Shown here piece by piece: positions 15,182-29,228 of a stretch of DNA of 64,000 nucleotides (its first letter is position 1; each line of letters begins with the position of its first letter). Made by a program: the position numbers and the translations under genes. Location of the stretch: the NCBI GenBank assembly GCA_023213395.1, contig CM041465.1:76577741-76641740 (forward strand), written 5' to 3'. Below the pieces are notes generated by a model. It worked only from the letters and a program-made list of their open reading frames with translations. It was not told the DNA's origin and did not search any database. Source of the DNA: Cycas panzhihuaensis. Lineage: Eukaryota; Plantae; Cycadophyta.

Positions 15182-15898
15182 TGTGCCTTTGTCATACCTT
15201 TTATTAATTTAGAACAAACTTCAATATGTAGGTATAAGTTAAGCTAATAAAAATGCAAACCAATTCTTTATTAACAACAACAAAGGGCTGTGTACCTGGT
15301 TCTCTCACAACCCAATGTAGGCCAAATAGTACAATCAAATTTGTACAATTATGGATCAAGCTTCATGTGAAAATTTATAAGAAATAAAATAAAGGCTCTC
15401 TCTTTATGTTTTTTTATCATGACATTAATTGGACTTATACAATCATATTATTAGTCGTTACATTAATGACTTTGGTTGTTTCAACTAACTTTAACTATTA
15501 CATAAGAATAAATTTCTTAATTAGAATTTTAATTACAATTTTAGTTGGGAATTTGCAATCTTTCATATAATCTTTATGATACGATCATAATCTTTTGTGA
15601 TTTGGTCACATAGTGTAGTCATATCCTTTGCAATTTAATCGTACCTTTTGTGCTTTAGCCACACCTTTTATGATCTAGTCATGCTTTTTGTGGCCTGGTT
15701 GCACTTCCAAGTCATACCTAGTCATACTTTAAATTGTACTTGGTCACACTCAATCGTACTTGGTTGCTACTTAGTTGTGCTTATTCATAGTTTGATTACA
15801 ACCTAAAACTTCACTTTTATATAAATTATTTTTATCCTAGACACAATATTTTAGTCCTTCTAAGCGGAATGCATAGATTAAAAAATAGGGGATGTATG
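15182..15898 (-). repeat. Putative 5' LTR of the minus-strand Gypsy
   Basis: Flanked by a degenerate PBS (reverse complement tggtttcatttcc, tRNA-Glu-like) at ~15166-15178; right end aaaataggggatgta resembles a reversed LTR start. Partner LTR not in window. Confidence 0.4.
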
Positions 15899-18299
15899 TT
15901 GGGCATATTTTATTAAAATATTAGATATAAGTGTCATAATAAATATTATGTTAACAAATGATTAATTGAGTCAAGTAGTTAAAAAGTCATTACAAGGAGT
16001 CACTTCAAAAGTATAAATTTAATAAGTTTAGGTATAAGTGGGTGGGGGAGGGGATATAACTGTGTTCTATGGTATGCATTCAAACAATAATGAATGGTAT
16101 AAAACTAGTGTGGGATGCTCATGTACTTACCACCCTTTTTGTGCATGATAATGGTGTTGTATTTAATTTTGTTATAATGATACACACAACACATTAGATG
16201 ATATTTACTTGTAAATACATATGTACCATTATTTGTGTTGGATGTTGTATATAAAATTGAATGATAATGTTGTTATTGAATTAGAATTCTTTCTATCATT
16301 CTCTTCCTAAAATGACTTGGTACAGAATGAATAAATAGTTTGTTGGGCCAAAATTTCAAAGACTGAAGGAATATGTTTATGCCTTTATGACCAATAAATT
16401 GAGGCGTATCAATGTTGAAGAGCCATATATGACATTATCAAACTAACTATGAGATGTTGTTATGAATTTGTTTATTTGTGGACATTTATATGCATGTGGG
16501 TTTTATAAATTATATGTAGGAATGATGATTCATCCACAAGAGTGAGTTTGCTTATGCAAGCATGTGCACTTTATAAAAGCAACATGTGAGCAACTAGTTA
16601 TTCACCAGTGCTTTGCCTATAAAAAGAAGGAAATGGAATAGTGAGAACACTCTATTATAAGGATGATCTTCACCATCAAAAGATGATCCATTCATGTGTA
16701 GGTGGGTTGAGGAGAAAAACGTATGAGTGATACTTTTTTAAGTCTATTTTTCATCTCAATGGAGATTGTATAAGCCACTCCTTTAAGTATGTTTACTTTT
16801 TAATTATTCATTGCTCACCATTAAGGGTTTGATGAAGATTGAAGATAATATCAATTCTATTGGTCCATTGATGGGCTCCCTCAATTGTAAATATAGGTGT
16901 GAGTCATAAGCAGAAAAAGAGATCCTAGGGAGAACCCATGTAAGCAAAAGATATTAGTAAATATATGGCAAACAATGGTGCAACTAAATGAAGAACGTGA
17001 TAATGGAATTGACATGAAAGCCCTAGTAGTTGGATGACCTTAATAATAAGAGGGTAGTGTAGTTATCTAATAATGGATTGCAAAAATAATGGTGGTTTTG
17101 GTGTGTTAAATGGGCATCTCAGTTTGATTTGTGTTGCACTACTTACAACTTTGTTAGTTAATTGTAACACTTAATCATTAATTAAAATTAACAACTACTT
17201 AGCCATTTGAATAATTGGTGGGAGATATCAAAGGGCAAGAAATATTTGAATGGTTGCATTCATGTTTATATAAATTCTCTCTCTTCTTAATATCAAATAT
17301 GATGTGTTTTGTAAATAAATTAGATCCCCTCATTAAGGGATTTGCTCAATGGTTTCTTTTGATGTGTATGATCTTTTGTTTCTTGATGAACATATGTTTT
17401 CATACTAGAGAGGCTACTAATTCAAAGCCAAGTGTGAAGGAGGTAGTAGATGTGAGGCCTACTACAAGTGGTATCAAATTTTGATTTCGGAAGTCTCTTC
17501 TACCATAAACTCACTCAGAATAAGGTGCCCTCTAGCTTGCATCATATCTCTTGTCTCATCCTCTTATTTTATTTGAATACTAATTTGTGTAAGAGCCATA
17601 TTCTATTTTTATGCATAACCTCTATTCATCTTCTTTATTTAGTGTCCATTTCTTATGTTCATATATTCCCTACCATTGATTTTATATTATATCTCTATTG
17701 ACATTGTCTGTATACTATTGTGTCACACTGTCAAAATAAGCACTTCATTTTTTGTCTTTACATATCTACCACATTCTCTAACTAGGCTTGACATTCATTA
17801 CATATCTCCATTGTGTCTTTCCTATATTATCATATCTCATCGCTGCATAAGCTCTTCGTAGTTCATTACAAGCCTTCACAACCACTTCTTAGGAAACAAT
17901 GTTCCTTTAGGCTTTTGTTCTGTGGTGATGATACCCTCTTGGTTCATAAACATTTGTCTTAATAGTTGAAATTATTTTTCTAGAGATATTCATTGCTATT
18001 TATAAATAATAATAGACTTTTGACAACCTTAAGTTTTCTAAAATATTAATATTAAAATATTCTTTATCCAAAATATTCTCTATTTGGAATATTCTCTTAA
18101 TTTAATTTAAAATTTTATCACCTATGGCTTATATCTTGTAAGGTTTCTGACTAGCTTAAAATGACATTGCATTATACTCCAAGATTCCTTTTTCTAAGGC
18201 TTTGGAACTTTGATCAAGACTAGTAAAGACTACTGTTGTTGAATATATAAAATGAGCAAGAATGGACAATAGAGATGACATCAATAGGGATATATTTGT

Positions 18300-19354
18300 T
18301 CACCTTGATGCCATTGAATAATAGATGATGTAGATGAATGATAATATCAACAAGGTCATGACCAAGTAGGAATCATTTACATCTTAGGATAATTAGAGCA
18401 ATGCCAACAACTAGGCAATGATTTGATAGGAAAAGCAACTGACTATTCCCAATTTTAGCATCAAAGGTATAATTGATTTTGATGAATGGATCACTAAAAT
18501 TGAAGGTACATTTGAAGACCTTAAAATTAAAGCTCTAGGTGAAAAAAGTTGTTTCACCATTCACCATATTGAAAGGCATTTGTATATAGGGGAGTAGAAA
18601 TGGTTTTCCAATTGTGGATTTATTCTCTAGGATGATTTCATTGATGCTATTTTCACTTGCATTGAAGGAATTAACTCCACTCCATATAAGATTCAATTAT
18701 GTCATTGTTTTCAATAAGAGTCTTGGTTGAGAAATTCATAGAGCACATTGAGAAATTGCAGGTTAAGCCCACTCTAATTCATGAGGAAGCTTCTCAATTC
18801 TATTAGGATAATCTTCAACTTAACATTGATACTAAAGTCAAGATATTTCAACCTAAATCATTAGAGAAAGATATTCTCTTCACTAGAAAAGTTAGGATTA
18901 AATAAAAAATGTAAATTCCTTGTTACGTTCATCCTAGTCATCATCTTAGATTTGATAATCATCTCTTAGAAATGGCTCATGTAGTGGATGCTGATGAGCC
19001 AATACCAATTAAAAATTATAGGCGATGCAATGATAAGTAGGTTATAGGCCATCTTAAGGTTTTTCCAAAGAGAAATCAACTATATGTTGTTGAAGTTAAT
19101 ATGGATAAAAGCAACTTGACATTTTAGAGGAACAACTCCTTTCTGAGGAACAACCACCCTTTGAAAGTGGATAACCTTCTATCTCCTTGGCAATTATTTC
19201 AAGGATACAACAACCTAACACCATTGAGTTACAAGGATTCCTTTTCAAATAAAAAGTCATTGTCCTCATTAACTCAAGTATAAGAAACAACTTTATAGAC
19301 ATCAAGTTGGAAATTTATTTGGGCATATTTATTGATAAGTGCAAAACCCTCTAC
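18300..19354 (+). pseudogene. Chromovirus gag and protease N-terminus, disrupted
   Basis: FDEWITKIEGTFED; VIVLINSSIRNNFID (decayed VLIDSG..NFI). Confidence 0.75.
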
Positions 19355-19702
19355 TGATGGAGCCGGAGGAGCAGAGCAGGACATCATAATAATCGCATCT
19401 TGAGTACAATGGCAATTTACAATAGAATGACGATGTTAATAAACACCAGGGAAGTATTCCCAACCCTTAAATAGAGAATTCAGGGAGGCGTCGGGCACCA
19501 TCACCCTAGCTGCACAACAATTAAGGTTAGTTTAAAAAAATATTAAAATAAATAACGGTGATACGTACCTCAAATGAGTGGTCGATGCAGGCGGTGTTGA
19601 ACGGCTCAAGGTGCCCTAGGGGCCCTCAAAGGCGGCTTTGAGGGGCCCTAAGCACTCTGGTGCACGTACATTGGGATTATTCCCAACATTCTACCCCATA
19701 AG

Positions 19703-22700
19703 CCTAATGTGTATGACTCCTAAATCATCTCTGAACTTTTCAAATTTGATTTTTCCCAAGGCCTTTGTGAAAATATCCGCTGTTTGTTCTTTAGTGCTAC
19801 AATAAGTCAACTCTATCTCTTCTGCTTATACAAGTTCCCGAATAAAGTGGTATTGAGTTTCAATATGCTTTGTTCTACCGTGGAATACTGGATTTTTGGT
19901 CATTTGAATAGTGCTCTGATTATCACACCAAATTCTAGTGGGACCTTGCTGTTTAATTTGAAAATCCTGTAAGAGTCTTCTTAACCAGATTGATTCATAG
20001 GCTCCTAACACCGTGGCTTTATATTCTGCTTCAGCTATGGATAAGGAAATGGTATTTTATTTATTTGTACTCCAAGCTACCGTTGCTGATCCCATACTAA
20101 ATGCATAACCTGAGGTAGATTTTCTATCATCGACATCACCAGCCCAATCTGAATTTGTATAACCAGTTAATTGAAACTTAGATGTAGGTTTATAGTATAA
20201 CCCAAAATCTAGAGTCCCTTTAAGGTATCTGAGGATTCTTTTAGCAGCTTACCAATGAGATGTCTTTGGATCCTGCATAAATCTAGACACAACACTTACG
20301 GAATATGTTATATCAGGTCGAGTAGAGATTAAATAAAGTAGGCCGCCAATCAGTTGTCTATAGTGAGTGGGATCAACTGAAGTTGAGTCATCTGTCTTAG
20401 AGAGTTTAATTCCAATTTCTGCTGGTATTGACAATGGTTTATAGTTTGTCATATTAAATCTTTGTAGAAGGTCTAATATATATTTACGTTGAGAGATAAA
20501 TATTCCTTGTTTATCTTTCCACACTTCCAATCCTAGGAAGTAGTGCATAAGACCTAAGTTTGTCATTTCAAATTCCTTACACATAGCTTCTTTAAATTGA
20601 CCTAAAAGTTGGGAGTCATTTCTGGTATAAATTAAGTCGTCCACATAGAGTCCTACAATCAATATCAAATTTCCTTTAATTTTGGTGTATAGGTTTGGAT
20701 CTGCTTGAGATCTTTCAAACCCTTGATCTTTAAGATATGTGTCGATACAGGAATACTAAGCCCTAGGTGTTTGTTTTAGATCATATAATGCCTTCTTTAA
20801 CTTATACACTTTGTTTTCTTCCCCCCTGACTTCAAAACTGAGGGGTTGAGAGACATAGATATCTTCTTGGATATAACCATTTAAGAAAGCACTTTTTACA
20901 TTCATTTGATAAACAGGCCAACCCATTTGAGTGGCTAAACTTATTATCATGCGAACTGATTCCATCCTAGCAACTGGGGCAAATGTTTCGGTATAGTCTA
21001 TGCCTTCTCTTTGGGCATATCCTTTTGCAACTAAATGAGCTTTATATTTATCAATTGATCCATCAGAGTGGAACTTAGTCTTATAGACCCATTTGGTTCC
21101 AATGGCTTTCTTCCTTGGTGGTAAGTCTACAAGTTCCCAAGTATCATTTTTAACGATAGATTTATATTCCTCTTGCATGGTTTTTTGCCAGCACTCATGT
21201 TGAGTAGCCTCACTAAAGGTTTGAGGCTCATGACTTTCGAGTAGCTTACTCATTAGAGTAAAGTTAACTTTGTGTGAGCTTGTAGATCTTTGATTGTTAT
21301 CTAATATATTTCCTAAGTCATGGTTGCGTTGAACCCATTTAGGTAGAGGTTGTGATGGTGGTTGAGATGATGTTGCTTCCCTAGCGGTTTCCGGAAAGTT
21401 TCTCCACATAGGAGGCACATATTTAGATGTATTTGATGCATCAAACTTAATGGTAATGTCCTTCTGTTGTTCGTGATTATTTTGATAGTAGGTGTCTTCT
21501 TGAAATTTGATGTCCCTACTCAGTATAACTTTTCAGGATTTTGGATCATAAACTTTATGAGATTTTGACGATTCACTATATCCAATAAAGATACATTTTA
21601 CACTATGATCATCTAATTTGGTTCTTCTTTGGTCAGGGATGTGGGCATAGGCTAAACAGCCAAATACCTTAAGGTGACGGATACTAGGTTTATAACCTGT
21701 CCATACTTCTTCTGGTGTCTTCCACCTAACTGCTTTTATGGAACATTGATTAAGTAGGTAGACTGCGGTATGGACTGCTTCAGCCCAAAATTCATGGCCT
21801 AAGTTTTTATCTTTAAGCATACAACGTGCCATTTCTACGATAGTTTTGTTTTTCCTTTCAGCTACACCATTTTGTTGTGGGGTGTAGGGGTTGGTATGTT
21901 GTCGCCTAATCCCATGTCGGATACAATAATCCTTGAAGATATTAGAGGTAAAGTCTCCCCCATTATCTGATCTTAAAGAAAGGATATGATATCCACTTTG
22001 TTGCTCAATGAAGGTTTTGAAGTCAACAAAGTGGTCGAAAGCATCAGATTTGTATTTAAGAAAGAACACCCAAGTCTTTCTTGTAAAGTCATCAATAAAT
22101 GTAAGGAAATACTTGGCACCTGCCAAGGAGGGAGTGGCCATTAGGCCACAAATATCTGTGTATACGAGTTGAAGAGGGGCAGATGCCCGATGGCTAAAGT
22201 CTGGAAAACTTTCTCTATGTTATTTTCCAAGAAGGCATCCCTCACACAACTATTTATTAACATTAATAGGGGGCAAGCCATTAACCATATCTAATCTTTT
22301 CATAAGGGCTAAACTGGTATAATTAAGATGACTGAAACGTCGATGCTATAGGTCACTATCCATAGTAGTTGTGGTTCTAAGAGCATATGTATCTGAGGGG
22401 GTGATAGTAAGCTTAAATAAATGATCTTTAGTTATGATACCCCTAGCAACAATAACTTCATTTTGTCGTTTGTCTTTGATGACACATTCGCCATTGTCAA
22501 AAATTATTTTATAATCTTATCCCATCATCTGTCCTACCGATAGTAAGTTTTTCCTTAAAGCAGGGACGTATAGAATATCATTTAAATATTTATATTCACC
22601 ACTATCAGTTAATAAGGCAATGTTACCTTTTCCAATCGATTGGTGAGAAGTGTTGTCTTCAAACATAATAGATCCTTTTTTATTTGTATCCAAAGTTTGA

Positions 22701-23938
22701 AATAACTGTTCTTTATGGGTCATGTGGGTGGAACAACCGAAATCAATGTACCAACTATCATCCTCTTCTTCTTGGGCTGAAAAACTAGATAGAAATAACC
22801 TATTGTTGATTTTAGATTCTGCTGTATTTGACACATGTCCTCTAGGGGGTAGTCCATGTTTTGAAAAACACTTACCTTCAGTGTGACTATTTCTACGACA
22901 ATAAGTACAATATAATTGATCTCTTTTTCCATAACTGAGATTTTGATTCCTTGGTGGAGAGCGATCAAGGTTGAAAGATCTTCCCCTTTCCTCATAGAAT
23001 TGAGTATGATTATTTCTTGGTTGGTCACAATAGTTCTAAGGTATTCTAGAAGGTTGTGGGTTCCCATGACAATGTGGGCAACAAGGATGATTATCAACTT
23101 ATTTTCGTTGGTTTAGATTTCTTGGAGTGTTTGAATGTCTTGGAGAGTTTTCATGTTGTGGGGGTCCTCCTTGTCTATTTTTATGAGGAGCTTGGTATCG
23201 TGGAGGATTTTGTCTAGTTTCGTTTCTAGGGTTTCCATCTTTTCTCCTTAGAGGGGATTCGTTTTGTTTTGAGGTGCCATTTTGAAAGTTAGGTTGAATG
23301 TTGGCCTTTGTAGCAAAGGCATGTTCTAAAGTTTCATTGGCAGCTTGTTGCTCTTCTATAGACATGAGCATAGCAGTAAGTTGTTCTACTTTGAGGGTAC
23401 TTAGGTCTTTTGATACACTAATACTAGTAGCTACCATTTCAAAATGTCTAACGGCTCCTACACATCGAAGGATTCGTTCAACTACTCTTTGTTCGGTTAA
23501 GATATCCCCAAGTGACCTCATTTGGTTAACTATATCTTGAATCTTGGTCATGAATTCAGTTATGGATTCATAAGGCATCATATGTAAGTTTTCAAACTTA
23601 CTTCTTAAGTATTATAATTTAGAGGACGCGACCCCTTCATATATAAGCTGTAAAGTATCCCAAGCCTCTTTGGACTTAATGGATTCACTGACTCGTGGGA
23701 AAACATGATCTTCCAATGCACAGAAGATAAGGGCTAATGCTTCATTATCTTTTTTGACATTTTCTTTATATGTAGCTTTTTCAGTATCAGTTGGATTTGA
23801 TCCTAAGTCATTATAACCGATTCTCACTATATCCCACATCTCGTTTGCTATGAAGATGGGCCTCATCCTCCTACTCCAGTTAAGAAAATTATTTCTATCA
23901 AATTTAGGAATAATCATATTCCCAAAACTAGACATCAT
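19703..23938 (-). pseudogene. Copia gag-pol (gag, zinc knuckle, protease, integrase, RT, RNase H) with several stops
   Basis: IIPKFDRNNFLNW, CTYCRRNSHTEGKC, WYIDFGCSTHM, FIDDFTRKTW, LRSDNGG, PQQNGVAER, LYVDD, HGRTKHI. Confidence 0.95.
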
Positions 23939-26445
23939 TTTTAAATTAAAGTTGTATAAAATGTGATAAATGCAATAGTAAAAATATTTGAATGTAAAAA
24001 AATTGAAAGAACTTAAATGAAAGAAGTTATTTCTAAATATATATCCCAAGGTTTTCCAAAGTTTTGAATAAATGAACTAGGACCTAGAAAGGCTACTAGG
24101 CTCTAAGTTTATGTTTCTCCTGGGGCAACCTTCGGTTGCTATTCTGTCTAGTGGCGCCTGCCCACAGATGACAAAACAGGGACCCTTTATACCGGTATAG
24201 AGCACTAAGCTCTATATACCTCAAAGACGATGCTAAGAAGGCTTTGACACCCCCCTGAATTATTGGTCCACCTACGCCAGACTTATGCCTAACGACAGAT
24301 CTAGCAGTGAAAGTTCTCGAACCAAGGCACTCACCCTCTTCAGGTCTAGCCTTGGTCTCCAAACACCATGAAATGAAAAGGTTCTGCACCTCACCGCCCT
24401 TTGTATACACCTGATAGCTAATGGCTGTCCTCATCCAATATGAGTAGGCCGATTAGCGTGTGCGGAGTGGTAACTTTAGGGGTCCTAACCGTTCCCCTTA
24501 CAAGGCTGAAAAAAAAGTGTGGTTCAATTCAGAATTATCTTATTTAATGTGAAAATTAAACTATTTAGTAATGTGGTCTTGCTTAGAAAAAGAAAAATTC
24601 CTTTGATAATAAAGAATAGAAAAAAAATGCTCTAAGTAAAGATGAAATGAAAACTTTTACAAAAACTCTTTTTGGTTTTTTTTCAAAAAAATATAATGCC
24701 CTTCAAACAGATGCCTTTGAAAAAGAAATGCAATTTTCTTTTTATAAATGCAAGAAAGATGATATTTTTCAACAACTTTGATACACTTTTAAAGTATAAC
24801 GATCAATAAGAAAGTAATGATGCGTTTGAAAGCAAACTTAAAGAAACTTTTCACTTATGCAAAACTTGAAATAAACTTTTGAGAATACAGAGTTTTCAAA
24901 AAATGCCAATTTCTCAAATGAGTAATGTAAATCTTCAATGTAAAAAAAAATTCCTTTTTGTATAAGAATAACTTTTCTTTGAGAAAAATATATATTGCCT
25001 TATGAATAATTTCTAGTTCAAAACAACTTAAAATGCTTATAGAAAGATCAAGCAGAAACCTTGAGTAAACAATGAGATATGAACTAGAATTTTCTTAAAA
25101 AATTTTGAAAAAAGACAAGCTTATTAGGATGTATGTATATGCTCAACTTTAACAACTTGAAAACTATATTGAATAATATCATAATAACTTAAAATTCTAC
25201 CAATATATAGATTAATAAGGTGTGAATCTAATGAAATAAACGGTTTTGAAAACGAGTACCAATAAATCATGATTTGAATGAGGTAAAGGTATGGACCTCC
25301 TTATGGAGCCTAACAGGAGTAGGGTAGTCAAAATTACATAAAATTACTAATTAACCTTTAGAAAAAGTTGAAAAAAGGATCAAATATTATTTATGAAGTA
25401 ATCAATGTTCTTTCAATTAAAAATTTTTGAAAAATATATTAAAAATGTGTAAAAAACAGTAGATTTAGAGCAATGAGATACCTCAACTTTGACTGATTTG
25501 AAATTTAGGAAGATAATATCAAAATATATAAAAAAATATGTCAAAATGAGGAGAAATAAGTCAGCTTCCCAACGAAGCTAATGGAATTGAAATCTGATAA
25601 AAAATGAGAAAGTTATAATGAAAAATGTAACAGGTATTTTTATGTAGGATGTTAGGAAACAGGCAAAAATAACTAAATTCCTTATTTTAGCGATTAAAAT
25701 ATTAATGAAGGTGAACTCAAAAAATTGAAGTAAGAAGTGGGTTTTAAAGTATATACAACATAAATCACTATAGAGGTAATTTGGGTAAAAACCAATTTAC
25801 CAGAAATAAATGACAACCAGTTCTAAAAATGATTTTGTTAAAAATGCGAAAAAAACTGAAAATTTGAAAGTCTAATGTTAAAATGGTCGAAACAGGGTCA
25901 AATTGGCACCAAATTGGTCATATGACCAGTCAAAATTGGTGTACAAAAAATTTATGATCTATTGGGGTAGGTTTTGTCTGAAACCGTTTCTCCAGTGAGA
26001 AGTTATGGTAACAAAAGTGCTAATAACTCTATGAAAAATAAATTTAAAAAAAAATAAAGGTTAAAATGATTAGATTATTAAAAATAGCCTTGTAAAAAAT
26101 GGGCCTGAGATGGACTGAGCCAGGATTGAACCCAAGATCAGTTAGAGAATAAAGACCTTTGATGCCAGGAGGGTGAACTCGCTCGTCAAGTTAAAATGAC
26201 AAAATATTTAAAAATATTCAAAACTACAACAATGAAGTGTTGAAAAGTGAGAACACAAATAATAAATGCCAAATAATGACGCAAGCCAATGTGCTAATAT
26301 ATATGTAATAACCGAATAGATAACCGAGATATGGCGAGTATAATAATGAGTAATAAATGCCAAACTAAACCAATATGTATAATGCAGAATCAATAATGAA
26401 GTCGCGGATTATTAATAATCAATGGCGAATAGCAATGAATGAAGG

Positions 26446-27190
26446 CAGCCAATATATGAATATTGAATGAAGCCACAATAAATCCACGCAGACTATATAA
26501 AGGCGAAAAAGCCAACAATGAATAATGAATCAAAGGCGAACATCAACGACAGCCAATATATGAATATTGAATGAAGCCACAATAAAGCCACGCAGACTAT
26601 ATAAAGGCGAAAAAGCCAACAATGAATAATGAATCAATGGTGAAGCCGATAATAATAATCAACGCGACTAATCAATGGCCGAAACGCAAACGGCGAAAGG
26701 CTAAGTACGCGCCAATACCGATTAGTATGAGATGAACGCAACACAGGTGACGCAGGCTAATAATGCAGCACAGGTGACGTAGGCTAATAAGACACCGATT
26801 AGTATGAGATAAACGCAGCACAGGTGACACAGGCTAATAAGACGCCGATTAGTATGAGATGAACGCAAAGACAGTGGCAGTGAGTAGCGCTAACATGGAA
26901 AGGGAATGCGAGTACAGAGGACGGAACTGGAGGATGCACAATGCGAGTATAGAGGATAGAACAGGAGGATGCACAGAGGACGAATAGACGGAATGACAGA
27001 GCAGGTATAAAGCACAGGCCAACGGAGTAGCTATCCAAATGGCGGAGCAGAGATGACATACAAATGCCAAATGCACAGACAATATAAAATGACAAATGTA
27101 AATAATAAATAATATAATGGCAGAGCTAATATATGAAAATCAGACAATGAATAATATAATGGCAGAGTCAATATATGAAAACTGGACAAC
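26446..27190. repeat. Cluster of short tandem duplications in the copy 2 leader (104-bp period x2; interleaved ~22-bp modules x3; 35-bp x2; ~42-bp x2)
   Basis: 26446/26550; ccgattagtatgagatRaacgca and cacaggtgacRYaggctaataa at 26717-26868; 26906-26975; 27108-27190. Confidence 0.85.
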
Positions 27191-28019
27191 ACAAAGATGC
27201 AAATAAGAGACGTAGGTTTCAGAGGTGAATAGAGTGGGGGTGTAGTGAGTGCTTAAATACAGACACAAATGGCTCAGATTTATTGTATGAAATAGTTTGT
27301 AAACAAATGGTTATATGTATGCTTAGATTAATCCAATACAGAGGATCATACAAACCACAGATCTATCGAGCGCATAAGACAATAAAGTATATATTGAAGA
27401 TCAAAGGAACAAAGCAAAAAATATATATCGAAAAAAAATTTATTTATTTATATGTTGAAAAATAAAAAAGGAATGAAGAACTTGGTTCCCGTATTGTTGT
27501 GCAAACTTCTGAGCGAGAGAACTTCCTTTACGGTGGATGAAATTCTGATCCGTCTTCTCCAGTGGATAGGTGAGCTCGCCAGAATCTCAACAAGCAGTCA
27601 TATGGATACATTTCGCCAGATGTATGAGCAACTAAAATCAGAAAATAGACAATAATATCAACATGGCTCTGATACCAAATGATGGAGCCAGAGGAGCAGA
27701 GCAGGACATCATAACGATCGCATCTTGAGTACAACGAAAATTTCCAATAGAATGGCAGTGTTAATAAACACCAGGGAGGTATTCCCAACCCTTAAATAGA
27801 GAATTCGGGGAGGCATCGGGTGCCATCACCCTAGCTGCACAATAATTAAGGTTAGTTTAAAAAAATATTAAAATAAATAACAGTGATACGTACCTCAAAT
27901 GAGTGGTCAGTCCGGGCGGCTGTTGAATGGCTCAAGGTGCCCTAGGGGCCCTCAAAGGCAGCTTTGAGGGGCCCTAAGCGCTTTGGTGCACGTACATTGG
28001 GATTATTCCCAACATCTAC

Positions 28020-29228
28020 ATTGCAATTCTAGGTGAACGACAAATTTATTGCAATGGGAAACCTACTAATCAGGAACTTTAGATCAACATCCTCACCTTT
28101 TATACTAATTATTGTGATTTTCCCATCATAACTTTAAATGTCATGTTGGGAGTCAAATGACTTAGGAAGTTATGAACTTATGCATTAAACTATGATCAAA
28201 ACTTCATTCATTTCTATTGGGATGGAATACTACATCAATTCTTTAGAACCATGATACCTAGTTCTAAAGTCATATTTGCAGCAAAGGTGGGTAAATTACT
28301 TAGCAAAGGGTATGTAGGATTTATCATCCATCTTTTTTCTATAGAGACACATAGATCAAAGGAACACCTTAACCAAGACTAGACTTGTGACCTCCAAAAT
28401 CTCTTGCAACAATATGAATTAGTCTACCAACCTTTGTTAATTGAACTACTACCTAATTGTGGCATGGAGCATATTATTGATATTAAACTAGGAGGAGATC
28501 CTATTTTAGTTTGTCCTTATATGTATGGCCATAAACAAAAGACTGGGATTAAACGACTTACCAATAACCTTTTAGAACTTGGAGCTATCACTCATAGTAA
28601 AAGTCCCTATATAGCTTTGATTATTTTGGCTCACAAAAAAGATGGGTCATTTCATCTTTGCATGGATTACTGTAGACTAAATTCATTTACTACCATATTC
28701 CCATAATGGATGATATCACTAATGAACTTCATGGTATAATATTTCTTTTCTAAAACTGATTTTTAATCCAATTATTATTAGATTTTTGTTAAAATAATTG
28801 ACTCTAAAAAAGTAACTTTTGGGACTCATTAGGGACAATGTGAATTCAAAGCCATGCCCTTCATTCTCATGAATGCCCCATTAATGTTCCAAGCTACAAC
28901 AAACAAGCTACATGCTCCCTTTTTGTGCAAGTTTGTCATGGTTCTCTTTGATGACATTTTAGTCTACAACAAATGTTGGCAATAACATCTTAATCCTTTA
29001 GATGAGGTGTTGGAAACCTTAAGTCAAAACAAGTTGTTTTCTAAGCAAGTCAAGTGCCATTTTGACCAATAAACACTTGAATACTTAGGTCATATCCTTT
29101 CCATGCAGGGTGTCCATATGGACCACAATAAAATTCAAGCCATTTTGGATTGGTTAATGCCTACTCCAATCACTACCCTCTAAGGATTTTTGGGACTTAC
29201 CATTTTTTATCAACAATATATTCAACAT
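28020..29228 (+). pseudogene. Chromovirus protease C-terminus and RT, disrupted
   Basis: SKSPY..LIILAHKKDGSFHLCMDYCRLN, AMPFILMNAP, FDDILVY, EYLGH. Confidence 0.9.

Larger units (their letters stand above)
19355..28014 (-). mobile_element. Ty1/Copia family X copy 2, full length, least decayed complete element in the window
   Basis: LTRs 19355-19688 and 27680-28014 (about 25 substitutions + 1 indel by hand count), perfect TSD TCTAC, intact PBS TGGTATCAGAGCC (27665-27677), PPT just inside 19689. Confidence 0.97.

Noticed and set aside
24320-24345. CTGAAGA on the minus strand as a hammerhead ribozyme core
   Set aside because: No GAAA after a stem II and no compatible stems I/III.
26717-26868. 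Regularly recurring ~22-bp modules suggesting a CRISPR-like array
   Set aside because: The intervening sequences are themselves repeats, there are no cas genes, and the context is a plant retrotransposon.
26799-27095. Hydrophobic 98-aa and 77-aa minus-strand ORFs as an env-like or extra gene
   Set aside because: Explained by the T-rich tandem-repeat composition; no counterpart in copies 1 or 3.
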